From NCBI GenBank assembly GCA_003164035.1, contig PLRS01000090.1, positions 18,229 through 82,228 of the forward strand: a stretch of 64,000 bases of DNA, in the 5' to 3' direction. The translations under genes and the position numbers were made by a program. This DNA is from Bryobacterales bacterium (GTDB lineage Bacteria; Acidobacteriota; Terriglobia; Bryobacterales; Bryobacteraceae). Position 1 is the stretch's first letter. Each line of letters begins with the position of its first letter. Below the pieces are notes generated by a model, which had not been told where the DNA came from, searched no databases, and worked only from the letters and a program-made list of their open reading frames with translations. Shown one piece after another: positions 9,298 to 19,725 of this stretch.

Positions 9298-9553
9298 GGT
9301 CCATGTACCCCGCTCGGCGACCTGCGCTCCCAGCCCCTCGTTCTGTGCTCACAAGGGCCAAGTTGCAATCCAAATCCGCGAATTCCGGGATCGGGTCTGT
9401 GATCCATGGTTGGCGCTGGGACGCGCGCTTTTGGTTCCAACCCTGAATGTTTCCCAGAACGCGGACCCCCGGCCAACCACTCCACGCGATTGCGCAATCG
9501 CAACGAGAACTCCGGCTCCCGGATTGCGGGTATGCACAATAAGTCCGGCATCT

Positions 9554-11945
9554 TCACCGCACAGCAATAGTGACTGTGTTTGAAGCGGTGCCTCCGATTG
9601 AAAGCACGACAGGAACTGCCGATCCGGGGCTTACGCCGGGCGGGACTCGTACGTTAACCTGATACTCGCCGACCGCACCGGGGGCCAGTCCCGCAAACAG
9701 CACAGGCGCATCGATGCCGCCGATCGTCACAGCGGGTGTGGTGATGGTTGGCGAAAGCACCGCCGTGGAAGCCGGGCTTCCAGTGGTTGGAGGATTCTGC
9801 ACCGCGCCCAGCCCCGTGCAGTAGATAACGATCACGCTGCCGGCCATCGTCGGATTCGACGTCGCCACCAACCGGGACAACGTATCTACGACAGCGCCCT
9901 GCCCCGAGCTGTCGGCGAAAATCCCAGGTGAGAATGAAGCCAACTGGAGGGTCTGGCTCGGTCCGCTTCTGCCGTCCAGCAGCACGCTCACGGGCACGGC
10001 GGACTGTCCCGACAACTCCCACGGAATCTGGATATTCACCTGCCCGGCAGAAGCGTAGAACAGCGGGGCGCTCTCTGCGGCGGTAGAGTCGAGCCGGATC
10101 GATAGTCCGGACAGGATCGTCGGAAGAGGTGAGCCCGCCGCCTGGTCCGCTGCATTGAGAGAGAAACTCCCGAACAGCGTGGCGATGCTGCCCGGAACCG
10201 CGGGGGCGGGCAAGAAGCTTGCGGCATTCCGCACACCGTCAGCGTTTATGGACAAAGCCGAGGCCCCACCGGAAAGCGATAATGCCCAAACCTCCTCCCA
10301 GCCCGCGTAGTATACAGTCCCCCCAGCGTCGAGATCTCCCAACTGGGAGAAATGCGCTGAAGTGGCGGGACCGCCGTCCCCGAGCGCTCCGCCTGTGCCC
10401 GTTCCCGCAATTCTGGAGAGCTGGTAGATGGTCTGCGTGCTGGTGGTGAACGACCATATCGAAGATGCCGCCGTCCCAGACACATTTCTCGCGATGATCT
10501 TCCAGTAATACGTCGTATTCAGACTCATGCTCGGCGAGCAGGATATTCCCGAGACGGTACCCCAAAACGGTGGCGTTGAGCTGGTTCCGAAATATACGTC
10601 GTAAGAAGCATAGCCGGCTGCCGGATTCCAACTCAGCAGCGCGGCGGGCGAGACATTTGTGGCAGCATAGGCGGGCGAAACCAGCCCAGGCGTTTGCGGT
10701 GCCTTCGGAATCACGAATACACCTACGGGCGCCGAAGCCGATCCGATGAACTTGGAGCCAGGCAGAGGGGGATACGTCGAATTGCTATATTGGGCTGAAA
10801 GAGAATGCGGACCGCCGAGTAAGGTAACCGCATGTGTGGCCTGCCCCGAAGCATCCAGAGTTCCTGTCCACACGTAGTTGCCGTCCGCGTAAATTGAAAC
10901 GGAACCCGTCGGAACACCCCCGCTGAATTTCCGAACGATCACGGTTAAATTGACCGGGGTGCCCTCGTTCACCTGTGATGCGGACACGTTTAGCGTCGTG
11001 GTCGTAGCAAAGCCAAACGAACTGACGAACACACCGCCATCGAGGGAACCTAATCCCGTCACCAAATCGTATCCGGGGCTGGCGTTATAACCAATTTGGC
11101 CGCTCGCGCAATCCGGCGTCCCCGGGCCGGATCTGGCACTTAGCGCGTCACCTGCACACGACCCTTACGTTGTGGTCGGCGGCCAGAAAACGTACGGGTA
11201 CGGTCCTGCTGCGCAAGATCTCTTGTCGCAGCGGCATCGCTGGGGGAAACGTCAGGCTCGCAAGCACCATAGCTCAAAGTGAGGATTGGTGCAAGGTTCT
11301 GGTCGATGGCCTGCTGGGCGGCCACCATAACGTCGTTGGAATAGACATATAGTGGATTGCATCTTCCGGGGACGCGGGCGGTGCCGTGGATTCCACCGCG
11401 AATCCTTGCGATCGCAGCCAATCCCGGATCCGGTTGAGGTCGGCTGCGCTGGCGCCGAATCGCTCTCCAAACCCTTCCGGCGTGAGCCATTTGTGATAAA
11501 CCGGCGATGATGGATCCTGCAATTCGCCCAGCAACTGATCGAGTGCTGCGTGTTGCTCAAGACTGCGCCTCAGCGTCAGCGTCATATGAGGCAACCTTTT
11601 GCCGCTGTCGACCGGACCGCGGTCGGCGTCCCGGCGAACTCTGGGACTAAGGTCCCCGCTCGATACGAGGCCTTTGGGTGCCGCGTCAACGAGAGTTTGC
11701 GCCCACAGGCTTGGTAGCGACACTAAGACGATAACCAAAAAAACAACCGCTTGCCCGTTGGAGGGGCGCGGTCCAAAGTGAATTCGCCCACCGGCAGGAC
11801 AAAAGGACTGGTGAGGCCACCACAACCGCCATTTCCGCGCGCCGGCGTCCACCACCGACCCACATTCGGTGCGCAACCGTTCAGTTTGACCAGAACGCAT
11901 CATACAAGAGTATCGGATCTGATTAGTAATATGCCAAATCGACAC
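9554..11945 (-). pseudogene. decayed S53 (sedolisin) peptidase fused to Ig-like and TIGR03437 'Solibacter C-terminal' domains
   Basis: Three consecutive minus-strand ORFs lie in different frames. 11274..11945 carries the pro-kumamolisin-type propeptide (DPSSPVYHKWLTPEGFGERFG). 11140..11490 carries a short catalytic fragment (ILTLSYGACE). 9554..11065 begins at the end of the S53 domain (GYDLVTGLGS) and continues into Ig-like and Soli_cterm domains. Most of the catalytic domain is missing. Confidence 0.6.
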
Positions 11946-12239
11946 ATCCGGCCGAACCAGTCCGATCTGGCAGTTTATCGATTACTCCCGGAAACGCCCT
12001 TGCCTCAGCCGACGCCGCTACGGGCGTGTGGTCGCTCACTCGGACAAAACTCAGATTGATCCCGCAGCCCCCAGCGACCTCGCAATTGGTCCCGAAACGC
12101 CGTTCTGGGAGATTGCGTAGAGTCCCGGGCGCGGAAGGCAGGGGCGCGCGTCCTCCGTGAGGCATCGCGTTCACCGACGACCCAGCTAGTCATGCGGTGT
12201 TTGTTGCGCTTTCAAACTAAATGTGTTTTCGTATTAGCC

Positions 12240-13691
12240 ATGAAGAGCGCAGCCAGATTCGTGCCCGCGATCCCGGTTCTTGCAACTCAAGCTCTTATGG
12301 CTGGATTGTATGCCCAGACCGCGATCGATACCAAGAACTGGACCGCTGCCGACGACCACCGGAACATGATGGAGCAGCTTGGCATCAAGGCCCTTCGTCC
12401 CGGACCGAGCGGAAACGAGAGCGCGCCGAACCATGCCAACTACGAGGAAGCTGCCGCCAATCCGTACCCGAACCTTCCCGACGCGCTTACGTTGAAGGAC
12501 GGTAAGAAGGTCGCGACGTCGGCGATGTGGTGGAATCGGCGCCGGCCGGAGATCGTTGAAGACTTCGGGCGCGAGGTGTACGGGCGCATCCCCAGCAGCG
12601 TGCCCAAGGTTATTTGGGAAGTTTCGAAGACAGCCGAAGCACGCGTCGGTTCGGACCCGGTGATTGGCAAGCAACTGATTGGCCACGTGGACAACGCTGT
12701 CTTTCCCGATATCCAGGTCGATATTCAGATGACCCTGGTGGTCCCGGCGGACAGGAAGGGTCCCGTGCCGGTGATGATGATGTTCGGCGGACGCACGATT
12801 CCGGAGCTTGCGTTTCCGGCCCCGGCATTTCCCGGCCGCGGCGGGCGTGGGCCCGTGCCTGCTCCGCCGAATGCCGACCCGCCCGCGCTGGAACAACTGA
12901 TTGCCGATGGCTGGGGAGTCGCTACCATCAATCCCAGCAGTATCCAGGCCGACAACGGCGCCGGTCTGACAAAGGGCATTATCGGGCTGGTGAACAAGGG
13001 TCAGCCGCGGAAGCCCGATGACTGGGGCGCGCTACGCGCCTGGGGATGGGGCGCTTCGCGCGGCCTCGACTACCTGGAAACCGAACCGGCCGTGAATCCG
13101 AAGCAGGTTGGGATCGAAGGGGTGTCGCGTTACGGTAAAGCCGCGCTCGTGATCATGGCGTTCGATACGCGCTTCGCGGTGGTGCTGATCGGTTCGTCCG
13201 GCGAAGGCGGAGCCAAGCTCCACCGCCGCAACTGGGGCGAAGCCGTCGAAAACCTCACAGGCACGGGCGAGTATCACTGGATGGCGGGGAACTTCCTGAA
13301 GTACGGTGCGTCGGAGGCAACTTTCGGCAGTAAAACCGCTGGCGACCTGCCGGTGGATGCCCACGAGTTGCTGGCCCTTTGCGCGCCCCGCCTCACCTTT
13401 GTGAGCTATGGCGTGCCGGAAAAGGGCGACGCGAAGTGGCTGGATCATCAGGGCAGCTTCATGGCCGCGGCGGCGGCCCAGCCGGTGTTCCGCCTTCTCG
13501 GCGCCAGAGACCTGGGCGTTCCGGACGACTACCATACGGCGAAAATGCCGCCGGTGAGCGCCGGGCTTTTGGACGGCCAGCTTGCGTGGCGTCAGCACGA
13601 CGGCGGACATACCGACGCTCCCAACTGGAAATTCTTCATTCCGTGGGCGGACAAGTTCCTGCGTCAGAGCGCCCAGGAGAAGGCTCGATGA
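12240..13691 (+). CDS. CE15-type glucuronoyl esterase (secreted)
   Basis: Signal peptide. GVSRYGKAAL matches the G-x-S-R-x-G-K nucleophile motif of CE15. Confidence 0.7.
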   Translation: MKSAARFVPAIPVLATQALMAGLYAQTAIDTKNWTAADDHRNMMEQLGIKALRPGPSGNESAPNHANYEEAAANPYPNLPDALTLKDGKKVATSAMWWNRRRPEIVEDFGREVYGRIPSSVPKVIWEVSKTAEARVGSDPVIGKQLIGHVDNAVFPDIQVDIQMTLVVPADRKGPVPVMMMFGGRTIPELAFPAPAFPGRGGRGPVPAPPNADPPALEQLIADGWGVATINPSSIQADNGAGLTKGIIGLVNKGQPRKPDDWGALRAWGWGASRGLDYLETEPAVNPKQVGIEGVSRYGKAALVIMAFDTRFAVVLIGSSGEGGAKLHRRNWGEAVENLTGTGEYHWMAGNFLKYGASEATFGSKTAGDLPVDAHELLALCAPRLTFVSYGVPEKGDAKWLDHQGSFMAAAAAQPVFRLLGARDLGVPDDYHTAKMPPVSAGLLDGQLAWRQHDGGHTDAPNWKFFIPWADKFLRQSAQEKAR

Positions 13692-14461
13692 GGCTTTTGT
13701 TGGCCGGCACCGTGGCGGCGTGGCTGCTGTCGGCCCAGGCCGACCGGCCCGTTCCAAGAGCGGACCGGAACTCCCGGCTTGCGCACGAACAACTTCTCGC
13801 CAAAGCCAAACAGGGCCGGATCGATGTGTACTTCGAAGGCGACTCCATCACGCGGCGGTGGGGAGCGACCGACTACCCACAACTTCTGGAAAACTGGAAA
13901 AAGAACTTCTTCGGTTGGAACGCGGCGGACTTTGGGTGGGGCGCGGACCGCATTGAGAACATTCTCTGGCGCCTGGACAACGGGGAGCTCGATGGGGTCG
14001 ACCCCAAGGCGATCGTGCTGCTGGCCGGGACAAACAATGTCGGGAATCAGGTTCCGGCGGCGGGCGCCGATTCGGTGGTGGAGGATGTGACGAAAGGCCT
14101 TCAAGCCGTGGTGCGCGTCATGCAGTCGAAGGCTCCGGACGCGGCGATCGTCCTGATGGGGATATTCCCGCGCAACGACAACATGGATGTCATGCCGGAG
14201 ATCGACAGAATTAACGCGAATCTGGCGCATCTGGCCGATGGTCGTAGGATTCGGTATCTGAACATCAACGACCGGCTCGCCGATGGCGATGGAAGGCTCC
14301 GGGAAGGCGTGATGAATGCCAACGACAAGCTCCATCCAACGGTGCGGGGATATCAACTCTGGGCCGACGCGCTGAAGCCGCTGCTGACCGAACTGCTAGG
14401 GCCGCCGTCAAAAGAGGATCGCGCACCGGCGCCTACCGGAGATCCCTCCGCCGGCCGGTAA
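13688..14461 (+). CDS. SGNH/GDSL-family hydrolase (secreted)
   Basis: ATGA start/stop overlap with the CE15 gene. GDSITRRWG, GTNN and DKLHPT blocks are present. Confidence 0.75.
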   Translation: MRLLLAGTVAAWLLSAQADRPVPRADRNSRLAHEQLLAKAKQGRIDVYFEGDSITRRWGATDYPQLLENWKKNFFGWNAADFGWGADRIENILWRLDNGELDGVDPKAIVLLAGTNNVGNQVPAAGADSVVEDVTKGLQAVVRVMQSKAPDAAIVLMGIFPRNDNMDVMPEIDRINANLAHLADGRRIRYLNINDRLADGDGRLREGVMNANDKLHPTVRGYQLWADALKPLLTELLGPPSKEDRAPAPTGDPSAGR

Positions 14462-14665
14462 TCCGGGGAGCCGATGGTTCTGTGAAATCGACTAGAATGT
14501 TCTATCGTGGAGTGGGACAGTGTCGCTGGCTGGAAGAGCCGCTTCGCGGCTACGACAGGCCGGGAGGCCTGTTCCACCAAATATAGGCCAGAGCATCTCG
14601 ATCGACGCCGACCGGATAGCGAGAAGTTTGCGATTCCTGCGCTAGTTGACGCACTAAGTCTTTGA

Positions 14666-15781
14666 ATGAAGAATATCCTGGTCATTTTGGGAACCCGGCC
14701 GGAAGCCATCAAGCTGAGCCCGGTGATTTTGGAGCTTGGCCGAACCGGCGGTTTCCAGGTGCGCTCATGTGCTACGGGCCAGCACCGGCGGATGCTCGAT
14801 CAAGCGCTGGAAGCCTTCGGTATCGTACCGGACCACGACCTGGACATCATGCGGCCGGACCAATCGCCGGCCGAAGCCGCCGCGCGCATTCTGGCGGCCC
14901 TCGATCCGGTTTTGGAGCGCGAGCGGCCGGATATGGTTCTGGTGCAAGGCGATACCATCACCACTCTGTGCGGCGCGCTGGCGGCGTTCTATCGCCGGGT
15001 TCCGGTTGGCCACGTAGAGGCCGGGCTGCGCACGGGCGACATGCGGCAGCCGTTTCCCGAAGAGATGAACCGGGTGGTGACCGGGCGGCTGGCCGCGCTC
15101 CACTTCGCCGCGACCGAGGGCGCCGCCGAAAACCTGCGGCGCGAAGGCCTTGACGCCGCCACGATTCATGTTACCGGCAATACCGGGATCGATGCCGTGC
15201 TGCACGTCAAGGCGGCACTGGAAACGGGAGCGCTGGCCAGCCGGGGCTTGCCGGTGATCGACCCGGCGATGAAGCTGATCGTGGCGACGACCCATCGCCG
15301 CGAGAGCTTCGGCGACGGTCTGGAGCACATCTGCCGCGCATTGGCGACGCTGGCGTGCCGCGAGGACGTGCGGATTGTGTTGCCCGTGCATCCCAACCCG
15401 AACGTCCGCGGTCCAGTGGAGCGGTGGCTGGGCAGTTCGCCGCGGGTGAGCCTGGTGGAACCGATGGATTACGTTTCGTTCGTGGACCTGATGAGGCGCG
15501 CCTACCTGATCGTCACCGATTCCGGCGGAATCCAGGAGGAGGCGCCATCGCTGGGCAAACCGGTGCTGGTGGTACGGGAAAAAACGGAGCGCCCCGAGGC
15601 GGTCCGGGCGGGAACGGTTAAGCTGGTGGGCACGGACTTCGACCGCATCGTGGGAGAAGCCACCCGGCTGCTGGATTTACCCGACGAATACCGGCGTATG
15701 GCGGGTATCCACAATCCGTACGGCGATGGCCAGGCGAGCCCGCGCATCGTCCGGGCGATGGAGGAGTTCCTGGCTCTCTGA
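14666..15781 (+). CDS. wecB: UDP-N-acetylglucosamine 2-epimerase (non-hydrolysing)
   Basis: The N-terminus MKNILVILGTRPEAIKLSPV and overall collinearity match the WecB/MnaA family. Confidence 0.9.
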   Translation: MKNILVILGTRPEAIKLSPVILELGRTGGFQVRSCATGQHRRMLDQALEAFGIVPDHDLDIMRPDQSPAEAAARILAALDPVLERERPDMVLVQGDTITTLCGALAAFYRRVPVGHVEAGLRTGDMRQPFPEEMNRVVTGRLAALHFAATEGAAENLRREGLDAATIHVTGNTGIDAVLHVKAALETGALASRGLPVIDPAMKLIVATTHRRESFGDGLEHICRALATLACREDVRIVLPVHPNPNVRGPVERWLGSSPRVSLVEPMDYVSFVDLMRRAYLIVTDSGGIQEEAPSLGKPVLVVREKTERPEAVRAGTVKLVGTDFDRIVGEATRLLDLPDEYRRMAGIHNPYGDGQASPRIVRAMEEFLAL

Positions 15782-15823
15782 CGCGCGCGACAGGCTGGTG
15801 TTCGGTCCAATGCGGAAAGGGGA

Positions 15824-16237
15824 TTAATGTACTTTGCAGAATGATGGCCCAGGAGGCCAATCGCTAAGGAGGAAAGTGCGTTTGGCTCCCGTCATGCCAA
15901 CGCTAAAGCCAGCCCGGAGAGCGTAGAAGCGGTATCGGGCGCGATGCCAAAATGGCGCGGGTCGTGGCACGAGACCGGCCGGATCTCCATTGAACGCCAC
16001 TTCCAGATAGCCCGTGATCGCATCCCTCAAGCTATGCAGGGCATCGTGTAGAGTTTTTCCATAAACTAATAAATCAAGGTCGATACACTCTGCCGAGTAT
16101 TCGTCCTGTTTATTCTTGAAAACTATACAGCGCAGCACCAAACCATTTGGTGGCAATTGCTTAGCGCCGTGCCTAAGGTTTGGATCTTTGCGCTCGGCAA
16201 CAGGGGACACCACGCACCTCTGCTTAACTGGTAGCAT
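15824..16237 (-). CDS. HicB-like (UPF0150) antitoxin-domain protein; start uncertain
   Basis: YSAECIDLDLLVYGKTLHDALHSLRDAITGYLE fits the HicB N-terminal domain pattern. In-frame TTG/GTG at 16141/16138 are alternative starts. The local sequence is visibly AT-richer than its surroundings. Confidence 0.45.
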   Translation of the reverse strand: MLPVKQRCVVSPVAERKDPNLRHGAKQLPPNGLVLRCIVFKNKQDEYSAECIDLDLLVYGKTLHDALHSLRDAITGYLEVAFNGDPAGLVPRPAPFWHRARYRFYALRAGFSVGMTGAKRTFLLSDWPPGPSFCKVH

Positions 16238-16496
16238 GGCTGAGAGCGCCAGCGCAAGTGGCTGTCCGGGGGTACTACTCCGGGTCGGTAGTCGGGGCGA
16301 GCTTCAAAAACTGAACTGAAGCCTTATACGCCCCTGGGAGCTGCGAAGTATTCGGTTTTGGGCCAATTTTGCACAGGACAAGTCATTGAAAACATGTGGC
16401 ACAAAAATTGGTTTTTGATGTTTTTTCACAGCTTTCTGGTCACGGGAGTCGGCGTTCCAGCGTAGGGCCCCAATATTGCGGGGTTCGAGGCTTCGA

Positions 16497-17234
16497 TCAG
16501 TGGTTGCCGGCTGCTGCAGTCGCGACATTCAGGAGCGCGGCGCCCCGGACCCGGCCGGGGCCAGAATCCTGTACGAAGGCGATGGCGCGGTATTCGAATT
16601 CGCCGCTGGTAAGAGGAACGTCCTTGGCGAAACCGGCACGGCTTTTTACCGAGCCGATCTGGCTCAGGCTTCGCACGATGGCGACGTGCCGCAGGCTGCG
16701 GCCTTGATTTTCGCCGCGCAGGACCTGAGAGGAAGCGGCCTTCTGCGCCACGGCCAGAAATACGTCGCCGCCGTGGCTGCCGGAATCGACCTCCACGCGA
16801 ACACCACCGGCAGAACGCAGTATTCTGACAGCCAACTTCTCCGCACGGGCCGCCGCGCCGATGGCGGAAACAGCGCCGCGGCTATCGCTGCCGTTAAGCT
16901 GGCGGAAGCCGTCCACCACCATTTGGGGGGTGTAAACGTCGGAGATGCCGAACTGCTCGCCGTAGCGTTCCTGGCGGCGGCTGAACTGGGCAGAGGAGAA
17001 AGGGTCGGTCCAACCATCGTGGTTCCAGTAATCGACGTGCTCTTCCAGGGCGACGATCTCAACGCCGGAAACGGGTTGGAACTGGTCCAGCCTCGCCAGG
17101 AGGGCGTCCGCCGGCGGGCAACTGGAGCAACCTTCCGAGGTGAACAGTTCAACCAGCACGGGTTTCACCACCGGCGCTTGTTGGGCAACGCCCGCCATGG
17201 CGATCGACAAAATCACGATTCCGGTCCGTTTCAT
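16497..17234 (-). CDS. DUF1223 domain protein (secreted)
   Basis: VELFTSEGCSSCPPAD...HVDYWNHDGWTDPF is the DUF1223 signature. I chose the ATG at 17234 because the longer ORF runs into a repeat element. Confidence 0.8.
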   Translation of the reverse strand: MKRTGIVILSIAMAGVAQQAPVVKPVLVELFTSEGCSSCPPADALLARLDQFQPVSGVEIVALEEHVDYWNHDGWTDPFSSAQFSRRQERYGEQFGISDVYTPQMVVDGFRQLNGSDSRGAVSAIGAAARAEKLAVRILRSAGGVRVEVDSGSHGGDVFLAVAQKAASSQVLRGENQGRSLRHVAIVRSLSQIGSVKSRAGFAKDVPLTSGEFEYRAIAFVQDSGPGRVRGAALLNVATAAAGNH

Positions 17235-17346
17235 GGCAGCCGCCGCGGGAGGGAACGCATTCACGAGTTTACCGCAAGCGATGGCGACGGCCAGCTTCGC
17301 CTCGGCAACAGGGGTGCTTAACAGATTTGGGGGAGTTAGTTCCCGA

Positions 17347-17432
17347 CAACCGCTCCCTGACGGTCGCGGCTCGGTAAGTGACTGCAAACACATGGTGTCC
17401 GTAACCGAGCCGCGACCATAAGGGAGCGGTTG
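17347..17432. repeat. Family A palindromic repeat (CAACCGCTCCCTGACGGTCGCGGCTCGG ... inverted arm)
   Basis: Two inverted roughly 28-nt arms seen directly. Related copies lie at 27026, 33879, 36119, 48498 and 51903. Confidence 0.85.
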
Positions 17433-17596
17433 CCGGACTCAACTGCGAAATCCCCAGACCGGTTAAGCACGTCGGCGACAGGGCGCGATCGCGTCGTAAT
17501 ATGATGGACGCTGAGGCGTTTGACCGCTCCGCCAAGAGCCTCGGGAGGTTACCGGCGACAATCTCTCCCTGGCACGGCAAGCGGAGCCGTCGGGAT

Positions 17597-18370
17597 ATGA
17601 ACAGCATCGCTATCGTCGCCTTCGGCTGCAGGATTTTAGTGGTTTCGGATTGCGGCCGGGCACTGGAGACGCTCGACCGCTTCCTGCTGCCGTCACTGCC
17701 CAGGGCTGCCCCGGACGAAGCCGGTTCCGAAATCCTTCTTCGTGTCCTGTGCGACGGCGATGGGTTCCAGCTTATTTGCAATGGCGCCGCGGAGCCGGCA
17801 CGCGACTTACGGGCGCTGACGGTTGGCGCCGTGAGGCTGATTGACGAAGCCATCGTGGCACGGCTGTCGAATCTATCCGCCGTTCATGCCGGCGCGGTTC
17901 AGTTTGGGGACAGGGCGCTGCTTTTGCCGGGCGGAACCCATGCCGGAAAATCGGCGCTGGTGGCCGAGCTTTTGCGCTGTGGCGCGGTCTATCTCTCGGA
18001 TGAATACGCTTTGATCGACGATCGGGGACGGGCGCAAGCCTATCCCCGGCCGCTCCTGCTACGCAACGGAGGAGCCGAGCAGGTTCCGCGGCTACCGGAG
18101 GAATTCCACGCCGCCGTGGCGAACGCTCCGGTACCGGTCGGCTGGATTCTCGCTCTCCAATACGACGCCGCGGCAGACTGGCGATTGGCCGCGACGGCGC
18201 AAAGCGAAGCGCTGCTGGCCCTGTTGCGGAACACTCCCCATGTGTTGGCCGAAACGCCGCGGGTATTGCCGGCCCTCACACGCGCCTCGGCCGGCTCCAA
18301 GTGTTACGCCGGCAAACGCGGCGATGCCGCCGATGCCGCCGGGCACATTCTGCGGCTGGTGGCGGAGTGA
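17597..18370 (+). CDS. HPr kinase-like P-loop kinase (HprK-related)
   Basis: VHAGAVQFGDRALLLPGGTHAGKSALVAELLRCGAVYLSDEYALI parallels the HprK C-terminal catalytic core, with Walker A GxxxxGKS. The ATG at 17597 is preferred; the ORF opens at 17501. Confidence 0.7.
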   Translation: MNSIAIVAFGCRILVVSDCGRALETLDRFLLPSLPRAAPDEAGSEILLRVLCDGDGFQLICNGAAEPARDLRALTVGAVRLIDEAIVARLSNLSAVHAGAVQFGDRALLLPGGTHAGKSALVAELLRCGAVYLSDEYALIDDRGRAQAYPRPLLLRNGGAEQVPRLPEEFHAAVANAPVPVGWILALQYDAAADWRLAATAQSEALLALLRNTPHVLAETPRVLPALTRASAGSKCYAGKRGDAADAAGHILRLVAE

Positions 18371-18374
18371 GGGC

Positions 18375-19481
18375 GTGAATCCGAAGCGAATCGATCCGGA
18401 ACGCCTGCTGCAGGCCTGCTTCGGGGACGCCGGGGAAAGCCAGCTCGCGTTCGAAAGCTGCGTTGCCGCCGATATTGCTTCTGGAGGCGCCGGGATCGAA
18501 CCTGCTGCCCGCCGCTTGCTGCCCTTTTTCTATCGGCGCTGGTGCGCGTCCTCTAGCGGCAGTCTGATCGAAACCGCCCACCGCGTTTACCTTGCTACGT
18601 GGCAACAGAACCGCGAACGCATGGCCTCGGCCGCATCGGTGCTCCGCCAACTGGAAAGCGCGGGCATCGAATGCATGCTGCTCAAGGGCGCGGCGCTAAC
18701 GCTCGGTCACTATCGCGACTACGGCCTGCGCTCCATGGGCGACTTCGACCTGCTGATTCATCACGCCGACGTCGAGCGCGCCGCCGGCCTGCTGCTTCAA
18801 GATGGATGGACCGCGGAAGAGGGCTGTTCGGCGGAGGCGATCCGGCGGCAATCCCGCGTGCGCCACGCCTGGCAATTCACCAGGGGCGACACCGAAAACT
18901 GCGATCTTCACTGGCGCCCCCTGGCCAGATGCTATTCTCCGCAAGTCGCCGGCATGTTCTGGGAAGGAGCCGAAGCCATCACGCTGGATGGCCAAGCCGC
19001 TCGGATTCCCTGCCCTACCGACCAGTTCTTTCATGTTTGCGTACATGCCATGCATTGGGAGTGGACCCGGAATCTGTACTGGATCGCCGATGCTCTGACC
19101 GTGGTTCGCGACGCCGAACCCAATTGGGACCGGGCCGCGGCCCTAGCCGCCAGTTCCGAAATGCAGACGCGCTTCACCGAGGCGCTACTGGTTCTCGCCT
19201 CGCACTTCCGTTTGGCCGTCCCCGAACAGGCCTTTGCCGCCGAGGCGCCCGCATGGGAGCGTCGCGAATACATGCTCATGCAGAAGCCGTGTCCGCTGGG
19301 GCCTTTGGACAGTATCGCCTGGCACCTGTACAATTTCCGGCGCTTGCGGCCGTTCGATTCCGAGTGGCGTGGGGCTCCCCGGTGGGTCGCCCTCCCGCAA
19401 TATCTGGCTGCTTTCCTGGATGCCCCAACCTGGGGTTCTCTGCTGGCGAGGTTGTGGACCGAGTTCAGGCTGCGCGTTTGA
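18375..19481 (+). CDS. PF14907-type (NTP_transf_5) uncharacterised nucleotidyltransferase family protein
   Basis: IECMLLKGAALTLGHYRDYGLRSMGDFDLLI ... CDLHWRP matches my memory of this family. The GTG at 18375 lies 4 nt after the kinase stop; an upstream ATG at 18321 is the alternative. Confidence 0.65.
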   Translation: MNPKRIDPERLLQACFGDAGESQLAFESCVAADIASGGAGIEPAARRLLPFFYRRWCASSSGSLIETAHRVYLATWQQNRERMASAASVLRQLESAGIECMLLKGAALTLGHYRDYGLRSMGDFDLLIHHADVERAAGLLLQDGWTAEEGCSAEAIRRQSRVRHAWQFTRGDTENCDLHWRPLARCYSPQVAGMFWEGAEAITLDGQAARIPCPTDQFFHVCVHAMHWEWTRNLYWIADALTVVRDAEPNWDRAAALAASSEMQTRFTEALLVLASHFRLAVPEQAFAAEAPAWERREYMLMQKPCPLGPLDSIAWHLYNFRRLRPFDSEWRGAPRWVALPQYLAAFLDAPTWGSLLARLWTEFRLRV

Positions 19482-19587
19482 AAGACGCAGTCTTTTCCCG
19501 GGGATTGAGGGAAGAGCCTGTCAAATCAAGCCCCGCCGGGCCTATCCCCTTTGTTCATCGGCTCGGCGCTTATCGGTGGTAAATAGG

Positions 19588-19725
19588 ACTACGACAACGA
19601 CTACCACAACGACGACGACCACCACCACAGCGGCGCCCGGGTCGATCGTCTCGGTAACCCCGACGTTCGTCTGCGAAACGTCCGCCCAGGTCACGTTCAC
19701 AATCACCGTTGAAGTGTACGGTTCT
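19588..19725 (+). other. Orphan partial paralogue of the poly-Thr / Ig-like module (14 Thr codons, AAP, then the start of a beta-domain)
   Basis: It translates to T14-AAPGSIVSVTPTFVCETSAQVTFTITVEVYGS. This aligns with T17-PAPPQIQGVSPSTSVCGQNFQSFVITG of the downstream gene. There is no credible start, and similarity is lost after about 19725. Confidence 0.55.

Noticed and set aside
12192-12239. Longer upstream starts for several genes: 12192 (CE15), 13379 (SGNH), 7109 (secreted protein), 2129 (cupin-like), 41904..43220 (isomerase) and 25940 (hemE).
   Set aside because: The extensions lack signal-peptide logic or overlap neighbouring genes extensively. Internal ATGs give canonical N-termini, RBS motifs or ATGA coupling.
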